Made by a program: the position numbers and the translations under genes
In this document: positions 63,547-64,000 of the stretch, one piece after another
Layout of the letters: every line of letters starts with the position of its first letter
Position numbering within the stretch: the stretch's first letter is position 1
Assembly: GCA_021161835.1 (NCBI GenBank)
Contig: JAGGZV010000066.1
Location: forward strand, 12,108-76,107
DNA: 64,000 bases
From: Thermotogota bacterium
GTDB taxonomy: Bacteria > Thermotogota > Thermotogae > UBA12178
Direction: 5' to 3'
Notes under the pieces: generated by a model
The model's input: the letters and a program-made list of their open reading frames with translations, nothing else
What the model was told of the DNA's origin: nothing
The model's database searches: none

Positions 63547-63589
63547 GGAAGGATGACTCTCAACAAAATATCCTGCGGGGGGATGATAC

Positions 63590-64000
63590 ATGAAAATGTG
63601 GGTCATATTTGTGATGCCGTTGGTGTTACTAACTGCCTGTATACACTTTCTGGGTGAAGAAGATGGGATCCCGGTTGATCTTCCTGAACCATCCGTGCAT
63701 TGCATCGCTTCCGTAGAATATGACAAACTTTTTATCATCGATGCTTTAAATCCGCTTGATATGAAGATCGTCAAAAAAAAAATAAAGAGCGAAGATCGCC
63801 TCTACCGTTTGGAAATGAATGGAACGTATCTATACACATTCCACGAAAATCATGATCTCGCGATTTTCGACATTTCCGAACCTTCATCGCCTGTTCCTGT
63901 GAAAACTGTTAAGAATTTCACATTGGAAGATTACGTCAATGCCGCAAAAATCGTCGGCGATTACATGTACATGAAGTTAAGCAGTGAACAAATGTGGATC
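63590..64000 (+). CDS. Lipoprotein with LVIVD-like beta-propeller repeat (3' end outside the window)
   Basis: It is absent from the ORF track because no stop lies in the window. I read ATG 63590, after GGGGGG, through to nt 64000 with no stop (137 codons). The lipobox is LLTAC, and LAIFDISEPSSPVPV resembles an LVIVD repeat. Confidence 0.55.
   Translation, partial: MKMWVIFVMPLVLLTACIHFLGEEDGIPVDLPEPSVHCIASVEYDKLFIIDALNPLDMKIVKKKIKSEDRLYRLEMNGTYLYTFHENHDLAIFDISEPSSPVPVKTVKNFTLEDYVNAAKIVGDYMYMKLSSEQMWI

Overview
This is a densely packed, mostly housekeeping chromosomal segment that looks like a Thermotogota genome (Thermotoga/Pseudothermotoga-like). Supporting signs are an Omp-alpha-type SLH/coiled-coil/C-terminal-anchor protein, rimO-pgsA-thpR-recA-recX-rny synteny, many 4-nt start/stop overlaps and strong GGAGG ribosome-binding sites. 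I call about 65 CDSs, one tRNA-Ala(GGC), five hairpin terminators and a few promoter-like elements. I saw no rRNA, CRISPR array, transposase or integrase. Many ORF-track starts are too long, so I re-placed them using RBS position and conserved N-termini. The long antisense ORFs are treated as shadows of the real genes. The most unusual items are: (1) A hairpin-bounded, AT-richer three-gene islet at 29.8-32.1 kb encodes only exported proteins: an unrecognisable 14-Cys protein with a duplicated VC-x3-C-x3-C motif, a right-handed beta-helix protein and a rhodanese. This is my best candidate for an undescribed system. (2) A 1190-aa single polypeptide joins an LptF/G-type permease, a seventh TM helix, an OstA-like segment and a beta-rich region ending in a terminal Phe. 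(3) A stand-alone PurH-type IMP-cyclohydrolase-like domain with altered conserved motifs sits between upp and apt. (4) A lipoprotein combines an EnvC-like coiled coil, LysM, a degenerate LytM domain and a 3D domain. (5) A tightly coupled minus-strand operon runs MBL hydrolase, unknown 155-aa protein, DisA, UDG, DUF62, histidine kinase and sigma-54 activator. (6) An envelope cluster at 61.5-64 kb holds a beta-barrel-like protein, a clan GH-A-like hydrolase and an LVIVD-like lipoprotein. All functional calls come from motif recognition by eye. No database search or computation was run.
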